DNA of 63,933 nt, filler included, from Octopus bimaculoides (GCF_001194135.2; 5 parts of 5 records of this genome joined end to end with filler, not necessarily neighbours in it); one strand, 5' to 3'. Shown: positions 13,183 to 25,972, counted from the whole stretch's first letter. Made by a program: numbers and translations. The notes: generated by a model not told the origin, from the sequence alone.

Positions 13183-13538
13183 CACCTTTCATACCGTCTG
13201 ATGTTCTGTTTGTATATACTCCACACAGAATGAATTATTCACTCAAATTTTCGAGATATTTACTGACGTAGATATTTTAAATTACAACCCTTTGTAATTA
13301 AGTAATTTGTACTTAATTACTAGTTAAACTGATAATCGAGTCCGTTACAGTAAATAATCTGTTAGCCCCACGTTTTTTAGATTCCATGTCTTATACTACT
13401 TAATGATACTCACACACACACTCATTTACATATGTGTGTGTGTGTGTGTGTGTAAAGTTCAAATGCAGTATAGCTATGAAACTAACACAAAAAAGATAGG
13501 GTACTTATCCTTAGAAGACTGGATCAAAGTTGCCAGTA

Positions 13539-13612
13539 GGCGCCTACGAAGAATCGAACCGCATACGTCTGAGATATTGGTTCAATGCTCTAAACCATTA
13601 CGCTAAGCGACC
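13539..13612 (-). pseudogene. tRNA(Thr)-like head (pseudo-tRNA or SINE head)
   Basis: Minus strand GGTCGCTTAGCGTAATGGTTTAGAGCATTGAACCAATATCTCAGACGTATGCGGTTCGATTCTTCGTAGGCGCC has boxes A and B and a tRNA-sized span. Stems are imperfect. Confidence 0.55.
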
Positions 13613-13724
13613 CCTAACAACGATCACATTCAGTTGTAATGCTAAACAATAGTTGGTGAACATTTTGTAAGCAAACTTTGGGAGCACCGACTGTGTTGGT
13701 ATCGATCAGAAAATTGTTGCCAAG

Positions 13725-13798
13725 TGTCGCTTACTTTAATTATTTAGAGCACTCAGCCGGTAAATGAGGGATATGGGTTCAATACCTTGTAGGCGCCT
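13725..13798 (+). pseudogene. tRNA(Thr)-like head, second copy
   Basis: TTTAGAGCACTCAG CCGGTAA ATGAG..GGGTTCAATAC..AGGCGCCT. The loop CCGGTAA resembles the tRNA-Thr loop CTAGTAA. Homologous to 13539-13612. Confidence 0.55.
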
Positions 13799-14090
13799 GC
13801 TGGCAAATNNNNNNNNNNGATTGCAAACGCATAGCCTTCAAAGTGTTGAAGTGTTGTAGTGGTCTTGAGTCCAAGCGAGGTTTCGCTTCCTGTCAATTCT
13901 ACTATCTCCTTCAAGCTCTCTGGCAACATAGTCATGCATTGCATGGTCTATGTATTTGTATGCTGAGTGCTTTCGATCAAAGTCTTGTCTGAGGTAAGAG
14001 AGCCCAACCGTTTTTGGGGTTGTATTGAAGAATATCAGGAAGAGAGTATTACTTGGGGAGGTCACTGCCAACTCGTGTAATATATTTATT

Positions 14091-14197
14091 TTTACATTAT
14101 TTACATTATCTACATTTGACGGATATTCGTCCTCATTCGTCAAATGTAGATAATGTAAATAATGTAAATAATTCCTCATCTCTTAAATATAGAACTG
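14091..14197. repeat. Fold-back of a pLTR fragment (31-bp perfect inverted repeat)
   Basis: Arms at 14091-14121 and 14138-14168. The right arm continues as in the 26220-26412 element (AATTCCTCATCTC.TAAATATAGAACTG). Confidence 0.85.
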
Positions 14198-14311
14198 TAT
14201 TATATTTATTTTTGCTGTTCTTGTTTAGCAGATGCTGCCTGAGTGATATCATATGGCATTCGAAGGCCGTTTGCACTGATCTCAGGCCTCTACCACCTTC
14301 ATTTCCTCTTA

Positions 14312-14456
14312 GGTAGAGACCGTCAACTTTTTCTGTGGAATTTCCCCGTTGTTGTCAGGATATTGCGGGTTTGATATCTATGATGAGCAAACAAAAATTA
14401 TTATGAATATGTTGAAGGAGCAGCTACGACGTTCGCTCGCGTTCCAGCATGAATTT
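14312..14456 (+). CDS. Putative exon, unknown protein
   Basis: Acceptor CCTTCATTTCCTCTTAG, then open frame VETVNFFCGISPLLSGYCGFDIYDEQTKIIMNMLKEQLRRSLAFQHEF running into an N gap. No family recognised. Confidence 0.25.
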
Positions 14457-15525
14457 NNNNNNNNNNNNNNNNNNNNNNNNNNNNNNNNNNNNNNNNNNNN
14501 NNNNNNNNNNNNNNNNNNNNNNNNNNNNNNNNNNNNNNNNNNNNNNNNNNNNNNNNNNNNNNNNNNNNNNNNNNNNNNNNNNNNNNNNNNNNNNNNNNNN
14601 NNNNNNNNNNNNNNNNNNNNNNNNNNNNNNNNNNNNNNNNNNNNNNNNNNNNNNNNNNNNNNNNNNNNNNNNNNNNNNNNNNNATATATATATATATATA
14701 CATATACATACAAAATTACATTTAATGAGATGGAATAGCAACTTATTGGGGTTTTTTTCCGTTGTTTTTTTTTTTATCATTATTTCGTGACCTGAAAACT
14801 GTCGGGTTTCACTGTCACTGCTTACCGAGTCAGATGTTGGAAAATTGTTAATTTCATCTTCTTAGCAGTCATCCGATATTAGTAAAGACGGTCCGGTTAT
14901 ATATACCTTTAGTCCTGTCAGCTATTTTCATATATTCATTCATTTAGTGATGCTTAAAATCGTTATTGCTAAATTACCATTAATTAATTCAAATATAATT
15001 GTGTATTCATCAATATCGAACAGAAATTATGCCAACATGTTCGATTAACTACTCACACACATAAATAATGACATAAAGTTTGTGGGAGGATGTGTTTGCA
15101 CAATATATATGTCAGTAAATATATTGGGAATCACACAAGCCAATACCAGATTAGTAGAAATTTTAAATTTAAAACCACTGTTAAATTATAATAGGAAGTG
15201 TCTACAAGTCACTGTGTGGGACACGTGTTAATTTTATGAAATCTCATCAAATAAGTTTGGAGCTCGAAAGAACATTCTTTTTGTTACAAATGTTTCGAGT
15301 ACATTCAGGTCATCAAGGGAGGAAAATCTAAAACCCAGTAAGAAGCAGAAATGAAAACAGCCCATAATCTCAACGAAGAGAAGACCACCGTTTCGTAAAA
15401 CGGTAACTAGATAGAAAGACAGAACCCCCACCACACCCACATATTTATTTAAAGAGACAGCTTAGTTTCTCAATATCTAACTATATCTATCCATCTATCT
15501 ATCTATCTATCTATCTATCTACCTA

Positions 15526-15573
<48 letters not shown>

Positions 15574-17544
15574 AACATAGATAAAATAAACTAATTATGT
15601 AGCATGGAATGGTGTGTGGGTAATGTGCGAAGAGAAATGTGAAGAGTGAAACTCATGATATCAAATCCTTTACATTACTAGAGGATATGAATATAGTTCC
15701 AGTATCTATATTCATGTTTCTAACGCTATGTTGATATGTAGGTAACAACGCATGTGCAATATGCTTTCAAGATGATTCCAACCAACTTGTCAGTATTCAC
15801 TTCCCTTAGTGTTTATACTTTTCCTCGTTTGGGAATTAAAGAAAATATCAAGTTCCAGTAAAATTTTCAATAGTAGAAATTTCAGTAGCGCACTGACTAA
15901 AAGTGTAAAACTTCTAACAGAAGATGTATCTTTGAAATATTTTCCACCTCATAGTGGATTTGTCTTTGGAACACAGCATACCATTGGAAAGATTAAGCAT
16001 GTACCACCTCCAAATATTTATTTAAGTACTTAAGAGACATTAATACCATTGGGGAATAATCTACATTCTTTAACCATTTTCTACATTTACTGACATCATC
16101 TCCTACTTTGTTTACTGACGATGAGAATCCAAAGGATACTTATCCAAGTTACCTAATAGAAAGAAACATGACATGTAGTTCATTCCCAGAATCAGGTCAT
16201 GTGTGTATTCCGTTATTGTTACGTTATCTACTATAGGGTGTGTAGGTAAAAACCATTGTAAAAGATGATGCTCTATGTACGTATACATGTGTGTTTATGA
16301 ATGGATGTTGATATATGAAATATACATTAATAAATCAACGACTATATTGTTACTTGAATGCGTCCTTTTTGAAATATCAGCATATTATATAACAGTGCAC
16401 AAAGCTTACAGGCAAACATAGTGCGTGTGTGTGTATGTATCTATATACATAGATATATACTTACATATGAACTCACACAATAAGGCACATATATGTATAT
16501 CTGTCAACTTCTATCTATCTATCTATCTAAATGTATATATATATTTGTTTATATATACATATATATACATATATGTATATATACATATATATNNNNNNNN
16601 NNNNNNNNNNNNNNNNNNNNNNNNNNNNNNNNNNNNNNNNNNNNNNNNNNNNNNNNNNNNNNNNNNNNNNNNNNNNNNNNNNNNNNNNNNNNNNNNNNNN
16701 NNNNNNNNNNNNNNNNNNNNNNNNNNNNNNNNNNNNNNNNNNNNNNNNNNNNNNNNNNNNNNNNNNNNNNNNNNNNNNNNNNNNNNNNNNNNNNNNNNNN
16801 NNNNNNNNNNNNNNNNNNNNNNNNNNNNNNNNNNNNNNNNNNNNNNNNNTATATATATATATATGCATGTATGTATATATGCGTCTGCGCATGTGTGCGT
16901 GAGCACACAAGTATGCGTGCATGTATTTACATGTGTATGTATATGTGGCTTTATCGAGCCAATATTTCTCTCAAGATATATCGAACTAAATATAATATTC
17001 CGTCTGCGTATTCCTTCCAGGAATGATATTCTATAAACAACTGTTTTATTACACATTCATTCATCTACTGAGATATGCTCTTCGAGCACGTAGGATATAT
17101 CTTTATATATGTATGTGTATCTGCGTGTGTTTGTATTTGTGTGTGTGTGTGTATGACTGTGTGTGTGTATCCCGTACGTAATTCAACAGTGGATTACAAG
17201 GAAGCTCCTGAGTCTTAAACTTCTGTGTCTATGTATCTATACTGAGGAAGGAAATAATGAATAAAAAAGTGCACCAAAAATGAGATGAAATTATAGAAAG
17301 TAAAATAAATATAATCGATAATGTCTTTTTGTTTTCTCTTTCTCCGACTACGCTTCTTTGTAACTTGATGCGAGACCGATATCTTCATATATCATTTTGC
17401 TTTTAATCCCAAAGCGCGAAACAAACCAAACATTATTTGTTTGTATGTTTGTATGCTAGTTTTTTTTTGTTTTTTTATTTTTTTATATAGTTTCAAAATT
17501 TCTCCGAGAAACTTTGTGCGTCTTCGTTTTCATATTTTCTATAG

Positions 17545-17700
17545 ATATTTTTTGACATGAGGTTACGATTATCAATGGAAGCAACGAGAGGAATCGAAGA
17601 TTCCTTAACACAAATTATCTATAAAACTATCTCAATAGAAGAATTGAAGGCACTGCTAGACACATGGCGCGAGATAGCTAAAGTGTATCTTCTTCCATAA
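17545..17700 (+). CDS. Putative exon, unknown protein
   Basis: Acceptor TTTCATATTTTCTATAG, then IFFDMRLRLSMEATRGIEDSLTQIIYKTISIEELKALLDTWREIAKVYLLP*. Donor is weak or this is a terminal exon. Confidence 0.2.
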   Translation: MFFDMRLRLSMEATRGIEDSLTQIIYKTISIEELKALLDTWREIAKVYLLP

Positions 17701-17896
17701 TATATCGTGTAATATATCATAGCTCTCATGTTTTGAGTGCACATTCACTTCTTATCATCTGCATACACTCAAACATAGACACTTAAATGTTTATGAACAC
17801 AGTCAAATGCATATAACTATGATCCATTTATCTCTCTTTCTCTCTATCTCCCTAATCTACACATACACACACACACATACACACATACACACACAT

Positions 17897-17931
<35 letters not shown>

Positions 17932-18080
17932 CANNNNNNNNNNNNNNNNNNNNNNNNNNNNNNNNNNNNNNNNNNNNNNNNNNNNNNNNNNNNNNNNNNN
18001 NNNNNNNNNNNNNNNNNNNNNNNNNNNNNNNNNNNNNNNNNNNNNNNNNNNNNNNNNNNNNNNNNNNNNNNNNNNNNNNN

Positions 18081-18124
<44 letters not shown>

Positions 18125-18166
18125 TCGTACAAGTATCCCTATACATAATATATATGCATTAATCTG

Positions 18167-18204
<38 letters not shown>

Positions 18205-18477
18205 ATCTATCTATCTATCTGCGAGTGTGTGTGTAGCTGAGAGAGAAAAAGAGAGATTGAGATGTAGATAGAAAGAAAGAGAGAGGTGTATGTGCACGTA
18301 GATGCATATGTAAATATAGATATAGATAAATATATACATGTACTTGCAATAATGAACAGATGAGCAGTATTTTTTTGTATCCCTGTTGGTTTATAACATT
18401 CACACTATTGTCTGTGTCAATGGAGTATTTCCTTTTTACAAAAATTAAACTAAATCCCATTTCCCTGTCATATGTAG

Positions 18478-18652
18478 CACATGGAACAAACATACACTTC
18501 TCAAGAAGACCAAAGACTGCAGATATATCCATTGCTTTATGATTATAGTGTATCCTTCACATTGATAACTATACTCTACAATGTTGCCTGTGGTAAATAT
18601 CTCAATGAGAACTATGAAGACGTCGTGAGGAGCTCCAATAGCTTAGAATTAG
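18478..18652 (+). CDS. Putative exon, unknown protein
   Basis: Acceptor CCCTGTCATATGTAG, open frame HMEQTYTSQEDQRLQIYPLLYDYSVSFTLITILYNVACGKYLNENYEDVVRSSNSLEL, donor TAG/GTAACA. Confidence 0.2.
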
Positions 18653-18781
18653 GTAACAGATAATCTTTTGTATTTAGGTATCTTAAAATATATACATGTT
18701 TTGCAAAATATATTCTTGAACATGATAGGATGATGGAAAATTATATTGGCATGGCTGGAGTACTGTTATTTGCACAATATA

Positions 18782-19520
18782 GAGGGTGGAGGAAAAGTAA
18801 GTAGGCATTGAAAATTGGTAATAAAATCCATATCTCTTTCACAAATTTATTGAAACAATTTATACATGTGATACATCACATGAGAAAATTTTAAAAATTC
18901 TTCATATTTCAACGTCAGCGGTGGCGTCAGCTAGTTTTGTTTCAAATAGCCAGGAGTAGAAATAACAACCTTCTGAAGGATATCACTGAGAACCTCCTGA
19001 ATCCGTGTCTCCAAGTCCTCCATTGCACGGTAACTCTACAAGTAAGAATCACAGGGAATGAGATCTGGTCTTCTTTAAGGTCATTCCATATTGCATTCTG
19101 CGCTGATAGTCTTCAGGTTTTAGCTCCTGTATGCAAAGGGGTTTCCACGGACGTAAATTCAATTCTTTACGCAACAGCGTAACTATTGTGTGTCTTGTTA
19201 ATTCACTTTCACGAGATGCTTGACGTGTTGATTTTTGCGGGTTGCGATTAAAAGTTTTCTGCACTGTTGCCACCTTCTCCGTTGATCGGGATATGGTTGG
19301 ACGGCCACATCTTTTTGCACCGTTCACAATGCCCGTAAACTCAAAGAAGCCAGCCATAAATATATGTGTGTATGTGTCGGTTTGTGTCGGTAGGTGCGCA
19401 TGTGCGCACACCTGTGGTTCTGTGTTCATGTGTGTCTGTGTTTGTGTTTATCACCGGCAGTTTAATTTTTCTGTTCCCCATAACCAAGAATTTCTGCAAA
19501 TAGCTTGAAACAATAACGAG
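18782..19520 (-). mobile_element. Tc1/mariner-superfamily (Tc3/maT-like) element, internally deleted
   Basis: KRCGRPTISRSTEKV..RNPQKSTRQASRE..LRKELNLRPWKP..QELKPED joins almost directly to a PDL.PCD remnant. End sequence TA-GAGGGTGGAGGAAAAGTAA at 18780 matches the end of the 63087 copy. Confidence 0.8.
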
Positions 19521-20305
19521 TCGAACGTAAAGAAAAGGACAGGGTCGATTTGTTTCTAATAAACTCTACAAGGCGGTGCCCCAGCATGGCTGCACTGCAA
19601 TGACTAAAACAAGAAAATATAAACGATAGAAATCATGTTGAAGAGACTAAAAGAGCTCGAGCACAAAATTACACTCGTTGATACGTATGTGGTTTTGTGT
19701 TAGAACAGCATCCCTTAGGTGGTCCTAGTTCGAGTGAAGGCTCCGAATTTTGTATATTTCCAGGAGAAGATTGTACCAGAAATACTTTACCACACTTGGC
19801 TTCATCAAATATATATCTTCTTTGAGTGTTTATCTGAAAATCAAACCTTGTTATTTAATTTTTAACGACGTGAGAGAAAGTGTGAAGCAGGTGGTAATTG
19901 AAGCATAGAAAACACAAGAGACAGAGAGATACAAACTCAGAGTAGGGGAGAGAAAGTGAGAGAATGACTACGTGTGTGTGTATATATACACACACAGACA
20001 CACACAGATACACACATATATGTATGTAGATATTTTGTTGTAACTTGGGTGAGTCATTACGACAATAAACTTAGTACGAGCATACTTTCAACTTCATTTT
20101 CTAAGGGTTCCGCCTTTTATTGGAAGATAATTGGTTAAATATGTAACCGACTAACTATTCGATCGATTGTTTAATGTGCAGGTTAAACAATCACTCGATT
20201 GTTTGTTACCCAAACTGTTTTCATTGCTGGTCGTGACGTTTTCATTGAATTAGTGACTACCCTCTTGCTCAAAGGTCTGTGATGTCTGGTCTGAATCTAT
20301 CTGCG

Positions 20306-20374
<69 letters not shown>

Positions 20375-21197
20375 TGTTGTGCGCAGGGCTATGCGTTACC
20401 TCTTTAAGGGTTCGTCCTTTTGTTCTAGGTCAGATTGGTCTCAGATCTGCTGAAGATTTATGGATACATCTGTAGTTCTCTATGTGAAGAAGGTGAGAGG
20501 GGGCGGGTAGCTGGTTAGGTCTGTGTGTAAGCATCTACGTGCGCCCATGTATAAAAATACCTGAGTGTGTGTGTAACGCACGGGCGGGTCTGGACCAGTG
20601 TGTGGCTCGTGAGATTGAACGGTTCTGTCAGTGAACGTGTTCGTCCGTATATCTGTGTACGGCTATGTGTTTTCTTATGTGAGTATACTCTAGCATATGT
20701 TTTAATTATCTGTTTGAACGTGTGGTGTGGCGGATTTTATTTTTCTATCGGAAAGCCTTTGTATGTGTATTCTTATGGATCTGCGTTAATGTTTGTGCGT
20801 TTGTGATCACGTGTAATTGTGCGCGCGTGTGCACGCGTGTGCACGCCTGCCTATGCATGTATGTGTGAGCGTGTGCACTTGCGTCTGAGCATGTTTCTTT
20901 GTTATGTACGTGTGTATGGCAGTGTGTGTGTAGGTGTGCGTGTATGTGTATGCCTGTGTATGGTTTTGTATAGGAATTATTCATAGCTATATGTATTTAC
21001 TTCTACAGATTCCCTTGTAACCTTCTGTCATTTTCCCTACAAGTGTGCACATGCTTTCATACCTACATTTGTGCCCGCACACGGGTGTGCCTGGTGAGTC
21101 GATGTCTATGGTTGTATATTGGAATTGTATATAGTTACATGTATTTGTATGCGCTTACATTAATTTGGGTGATTCATACATACGTACATGCATACAT

Positions 21198-21264
<67 letters not shown>

Positions 21265-21480
21265 NNNNNNNNNNNNNNNNNNNNNNNNNNNNNNNNNNNN
21301 NNNNNNNNNNNNNNNNNNNNNNNNNNNNNNNNNNNNNNNNNNNNNNNNNNNNNNNNNNNNNNNNNNNNNNNNNNNNNNNNNNNNNNNNNNNNNNNNNNNN
21401 NNNNNNNNNNNNNNNNNNNNNNNNNNNNNNNNNNNNNNNNNNNNNNNNNNNNNNNNNNNNNNNNNNNNNNNNNNNNNNNN

Positions 21481-21527
<47 letters not shown>

Positions 21528-21550
21528 AATCATATATAGAGAGAGATCTT

Positions 21551-21613
21551 ATAGTGGTGGTGGTAGTAGAAGTAGTAGTAGCGGTGGTAATGGTGGTGGT
21601 GATGACGTAGTAT

Positions 21614-21707
<94 letters not shown>
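21551..21707. repeat. (AGT)n/(GGT)n trinucleotide repeat
   Basis: Directly visible. Confidence 0.95.
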
Positions 21708-22002
21708 TGCATGAGGAGGAAGACGACGACGATGAATAAGATTGGTAGGTGAACATTGAGGATGTTACATACATACAAGCATACAGATAGTTAAAACGCA
21801 TATAAATACAGAGTCGATGTAATAGGAACACATTTACAGGTAAGAGGTGGTTATCTTTAAATAGGGGTTAAAATCGAGAGTATAAAGCTTAAAGAATGTA
21901 GATGTAGATAAAGCTGGGTAATGTAAGAAGTCTTGTAAAGGGTTTAACAGTTTATATAAATTAAACTAAATTTCAATTTATTTCATTGTAAACGATGGTA
22001 GC

Positions 22003-22006
22003 AAAA

Positions 22007-22037
<31 letters not shown>

Positions 22038-22130
22038 GAAGAAAGAAAGAAAGAATGAAAGAAGGAAGGAAAGAAATAAATAAATAAATAAAGAAAGAAA
22101 TAAAGAAACAAAGAAACAAAGAAAGAAAAG
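22003..22130. repeat. (AAAG)n repeat
   Basis: Directly visible. Confidence 0.9.
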
Positions 22131-22699
22131 ATTTGATTGTGACAACGATGAAAAAATGGAGGATTTGACTGAAGTATTCATGGTCTGAATAGAAAAAAAA
22201 ATTGTGTCACGTAGCATCAAACCAGAATCTAAAATGTTTAAATCATGGTTGAATTCAAGTAGAATTATTCCTTTCCCCTCCAACTCCAAATAATGTAGGA
22301 AATATTTTCAAGAACGACAAAATCATCAAGAAAAGAAAATTAGAATGTAAAAACTTTTATCGGATACATTAACAAAAATTCAGGAATGAGATAACGCGAT
22401 AAACAGCCAAAAATTAAATACTTGCTTGTTTAAGATGCAATACATTCCGGTTCTCTTTTTAAAAAATATAGTATACAATTACATGTAAGAGTTGTTGTTA
22501 GTTATTTATCTCGGCTAGAATATTCAGATTTAATTGGAAGGAAGATTTTAGTGACAGAGATTTTAGAAGAAAAGTTATCTCACACTGAAATCATTTCTTT
22601 TTTATTTACACTTTTTGTTGTTTTTAATTTTGAAACTACATCGGAATATATACAAAAATGTACGAATTCGTACTAATTGTTAACATCTGTAACGGAATA

Positions 22700-23095
22700 A
22701 TCTATAGAATGTTTCGGTTTCCCATTCGTCGATCGGGGAATACCAGATATATTTGCGTCTGACCTGAGAAACCAATATTGACCGTATGTATTATAAATGG
22801 CATGGTGAATCTATTGCGAATAACCTCTCACTATTTTCCCACCCAGTATTTAATCGCCTTTCTTCCTAAATCATCTGGAATATTGGTGTGAAGGCTTACT
22901 ACATCAAAACCAAGTAAAAGTGAATTCCGTTGTTTCGGGAAATTTGATAGAAAGTCGGCGTCATCCCGGATAAAACTAGGTGTGTGGGTACATGTTTTAA
23001 AAATGATATCAATAGAATTATTTAGACGGCGCGTAAGGCATTCTACACTAGCTACATTAGGTTTGAGTTTTAGGCCTTTCGGGTGAAGTAATTTT
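22700..23095 (-). mobile_element. Penelope-like element RT fragment with degenerate hammerhead remnant downstream
   Basis: LKLKPNVASVECLTRRLNNSIDII..SFIRDDADFL..FDVVSLHTNIPDDLGRKAIKYW (PLE RT motifs RPI and DV.SLYTNIP). Downstream GATCGACGA ATGG GAAA CC GAAA CAT at about 22710-22735. Confidence 0.8.
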
Positions 23096-23161
23096 ATGTA
23101 CACATTTTCTAGTACGTCTCTATCTGCCTCACCATTTCTTACTGTCGCCCTCCTCTCTCCA

Positions 23162-23199
<38 letters not shown>

Positions 23200-24290
23200 C
23201 ATATATATNNNNNNNNNNNNNNNNNNNNNNNNNNNNNNNNNNNNNNNNNNNNNNNNNNNNNNNNNNNNNNNNNNNNNNNNNNNNNNNNNNNNNNNNNNNN
23301 NNNNNNNNNNNNNNNNNNNNNNNNNNNNNNNNNNNNNNNNNNNNNNNNNNNNNNNNNNNNNNNNNNNNNNNNNNNNNNNNNNNNNNNNNNNNNNNNNNNN
23401 NNNNNNNNNNNNNNNNNNNNNNNNNNNNNNNNNNNNNNNNNNNNNNNNNNNNNNNNNNNNNNNNNNNNNNNNNNNNNNNNNNNNNNNNNNNNNNNNNNNN
23501 NNNNNNNNNNNNNNNNNNNNNNNNNNNNNNNNNNNNNNNNNNNNNNNNNNNNNNNNNNNNNNNNNNNNNNNNNNNNNNNNNNNNNNNNNNNNNNNNNNNN
23601 NNNNNNNNNNNNNNNNNNNNNNNNNNNNNNNNNNNNNNNNNNNNNNNNNNNNNNNNNNNNNNNNNNNNNNNNNNNNNNNNNNNNNNNNNNNNNNNNNNNN
23701 NNNNNNNNNNNNNNNNNNNNNNNNNNNNNNNNNNNNNNNNNNNNNNNNNNNNNNNNNNNNNNNNNNNNNNNNNNNNNNNNNNNNNNNNNNNNNNNNNNNN
23801 NNNNNNNNNNNNNNNNNNNNNNNNNNNNNNNNNNNNNNNNNNNNNNNNNNNNNNNNNNNNNNNNNNNNNNNNNNNNNNNNNNNNNNNNNNNNNNNNNNNN
23901 NNNNNNNNNNNGTATATATATACAAAAGGTGCAGTTCAACACGAATATATATTTATATATATATATATATATTCGTGTTAAGCTGCACATTATGTATTTT
24001 AATGACTGTAAATTGTATGCATAATGAAGAGAGACAGATGATATATTAGGAAGTCAGATGGCAAGTTGTTATAAATAAAGTAAATATAGTAAAGTAAGTA
24101 TGGAAAGAAGTCAGGCATAAATGTTAAAATTGGCTTTGTTCTACTTAACTCTGTACATGATTTGGTCACATTTTCCCACTTCTTAGAAATATATTTGAAC
24201 TCTAGCCACATTTTAAAATGGCAAAGTGGGGATTTTGTCCTTGAAATTATATGCGAGAATGTATGTCTATGTCTCTCCCTGCCTCACCAT

Positions 24291-24349
<59 letters not shown>

Positions 24350-24384
24350 TCTCTCCATCACCCTCTCTCTCTCTCCACGCACAA

Positions 24385-24416
<32 letters not shown>

Positions 24417-24495
24417 GTATATATTTATATATACACACATATATATAAGTATATATTTATATCCATCTGTACATATATATGTGTATATGTAAATT

Positions 24496-25132
24496 AGCAT
24501 TGGTTATAGATCAAATATTAAAATTGGGTCAACGACTTTACATACAACGTAATGCGCTTTAGTAGAAATGATCTGCAGTGGTGAGCTCCCGAAATGGCCA
24601 TAGATATATGTGAATTTTAAATTTGAATTGTGGAATCTGTTTATTATATCGTTTTTGATGCAATTGTGTGAGGGGAGTGAGAGACTTTTCTCAAGATGCA
24701 TGGGAATTTGATCTGTGGATGTCTGTTTACTTATGAATCTTGGACGTACTTGTGTGAGGGAAGTATCAGACTTTTTAAAAATATAATTTTTTTTTTTTTT
24801 TCGAATATTTTAATCGTCTGATAAAACTTTTTTAGTCGGTAGACATTTATTTTTATTTATTTTATATTTATCTTTATTTATTTTATATTTGTCTATTAGA
24901 TTTTTTGGTAGTTTATGAATTGTTAGTCGTGTATATTTAACTTTTAGATAGGCCGTTCTATTTGTATTTTTATTCGATTATATATTTTTATCTTCTGTGA
25001 TTTTATGTATATCTATTATTTTTATGTGTTTGAAAACCATGGTGATTTTTTTTTATATGATTAAATGTTTGAGGGTGGTAATATAGGTAAAGTCGTTGAC
25101 CTAAATTTAATGTTTGTTCTATAACCAATGCT
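24496..25132. mobile_element. 637-bp segment bounded by 46-bp inverted repeats
   Basis: 24496-24541 versus 25087-25132 match at 42/46. No TSD found. Confidence 0.6.
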
Positions 25133-25248
25133 TCGGTATTTTCGTCTTATTTATATTTGAACACTTGTTTTCATGTCCTATAAACACTTTTGTTTCTAGA
25201 AAACGAGACAAATATCAATTCTTGTTGTATATGTATATGTACATATAT

Positions 25249-25348
25249 NNNNNNNNNNNNNNNNNNNNNNNNNNNNNNNNNNNNNNNNNNNNTTAATTAA
25301 TTAANNNNNNNNNNNNNNNNNNNNNNNNNNNNNNNNNNNNNNNNNNNN
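25249..25348. other. Artificial scaffold linker
   Basis: 44 N + TTAATTAATTAA (25293-25304; stop codons in all six frames) + 44 N. Confidence 0.95.
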
Positions 25349-25829
25349 ACAAACAAACAAACAAAGACATGGAGTGGTCATAGCTGGAACGCCTTTGATC
25401 ATAAATTTGCTTGATCAGGATTAATCTGGTTTGAAATTTTAACGATAACTATGAGGACTCCATACCGTGGCCCCTCGGCCTGCGATAAATAGCAGCGATA
25501 TATACCTCAAATACGTTCCCATAAAAGTCGAAAAACATTCTGTAGTAATTTTGGATGTGCCCGCCCCGACAAAAAAAAAGGCAGTGATGATCATGGTTGG
25601 AAAGACTTTAATTATATCTATTTGTTCAATAACAATCTAGGTGTGTCTATGTGTTCACTCTCGGCCTATGAGAAATAGCAACAAAATCTCCCTCAAAATA
25701 TACCATCATACAAACGGGTATTTTAAATAGTTTAGTTTTGGATAGCGTCATCGCCAAAAGTCGGTGATGTTCAGGGTTGGACCGTCTTTTCTACTTTAAA
25801 CACAAGGCTTAGCATTGCGAGGAAACTGT

Positions 25830-25972
25830 GAATCGATTGCATCGTCCCTAGTGGTCAGCTGGTACTTATTTCATCGACGAAGAAGGGATGAAAGGCGTAA
25901 GGTCAGAATGTAAAGACGGACGAAATGCCATTTTGTATTTTATCCGGCATGCTAAGGGTTCTGCCAGATCAC
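25830..25972 (-). mobile_element. SINE family A, degraded fragment
   Basis: GCTGGTACTTATTTCATCGAC..GGATGAAAGGC..CAGAATGTAAAGACGGACGAAAT..TCTGCCAG matches the reverse complement of family A. Confidence 0.7.

Noticed and set aside
13838-14075. Protein-like minus-strand frame (ELAVTSPSNTLFL..)
   Set aside because: Its start derives from the pLTR fold-back. No recognised family, and several frames are equally open.
25293-25304. TTAATTAATTAA palindrome recurring four times
   Set aside because: Always centred in 44 N + 44 N. It is an assembly linker, not a biological motif or array.
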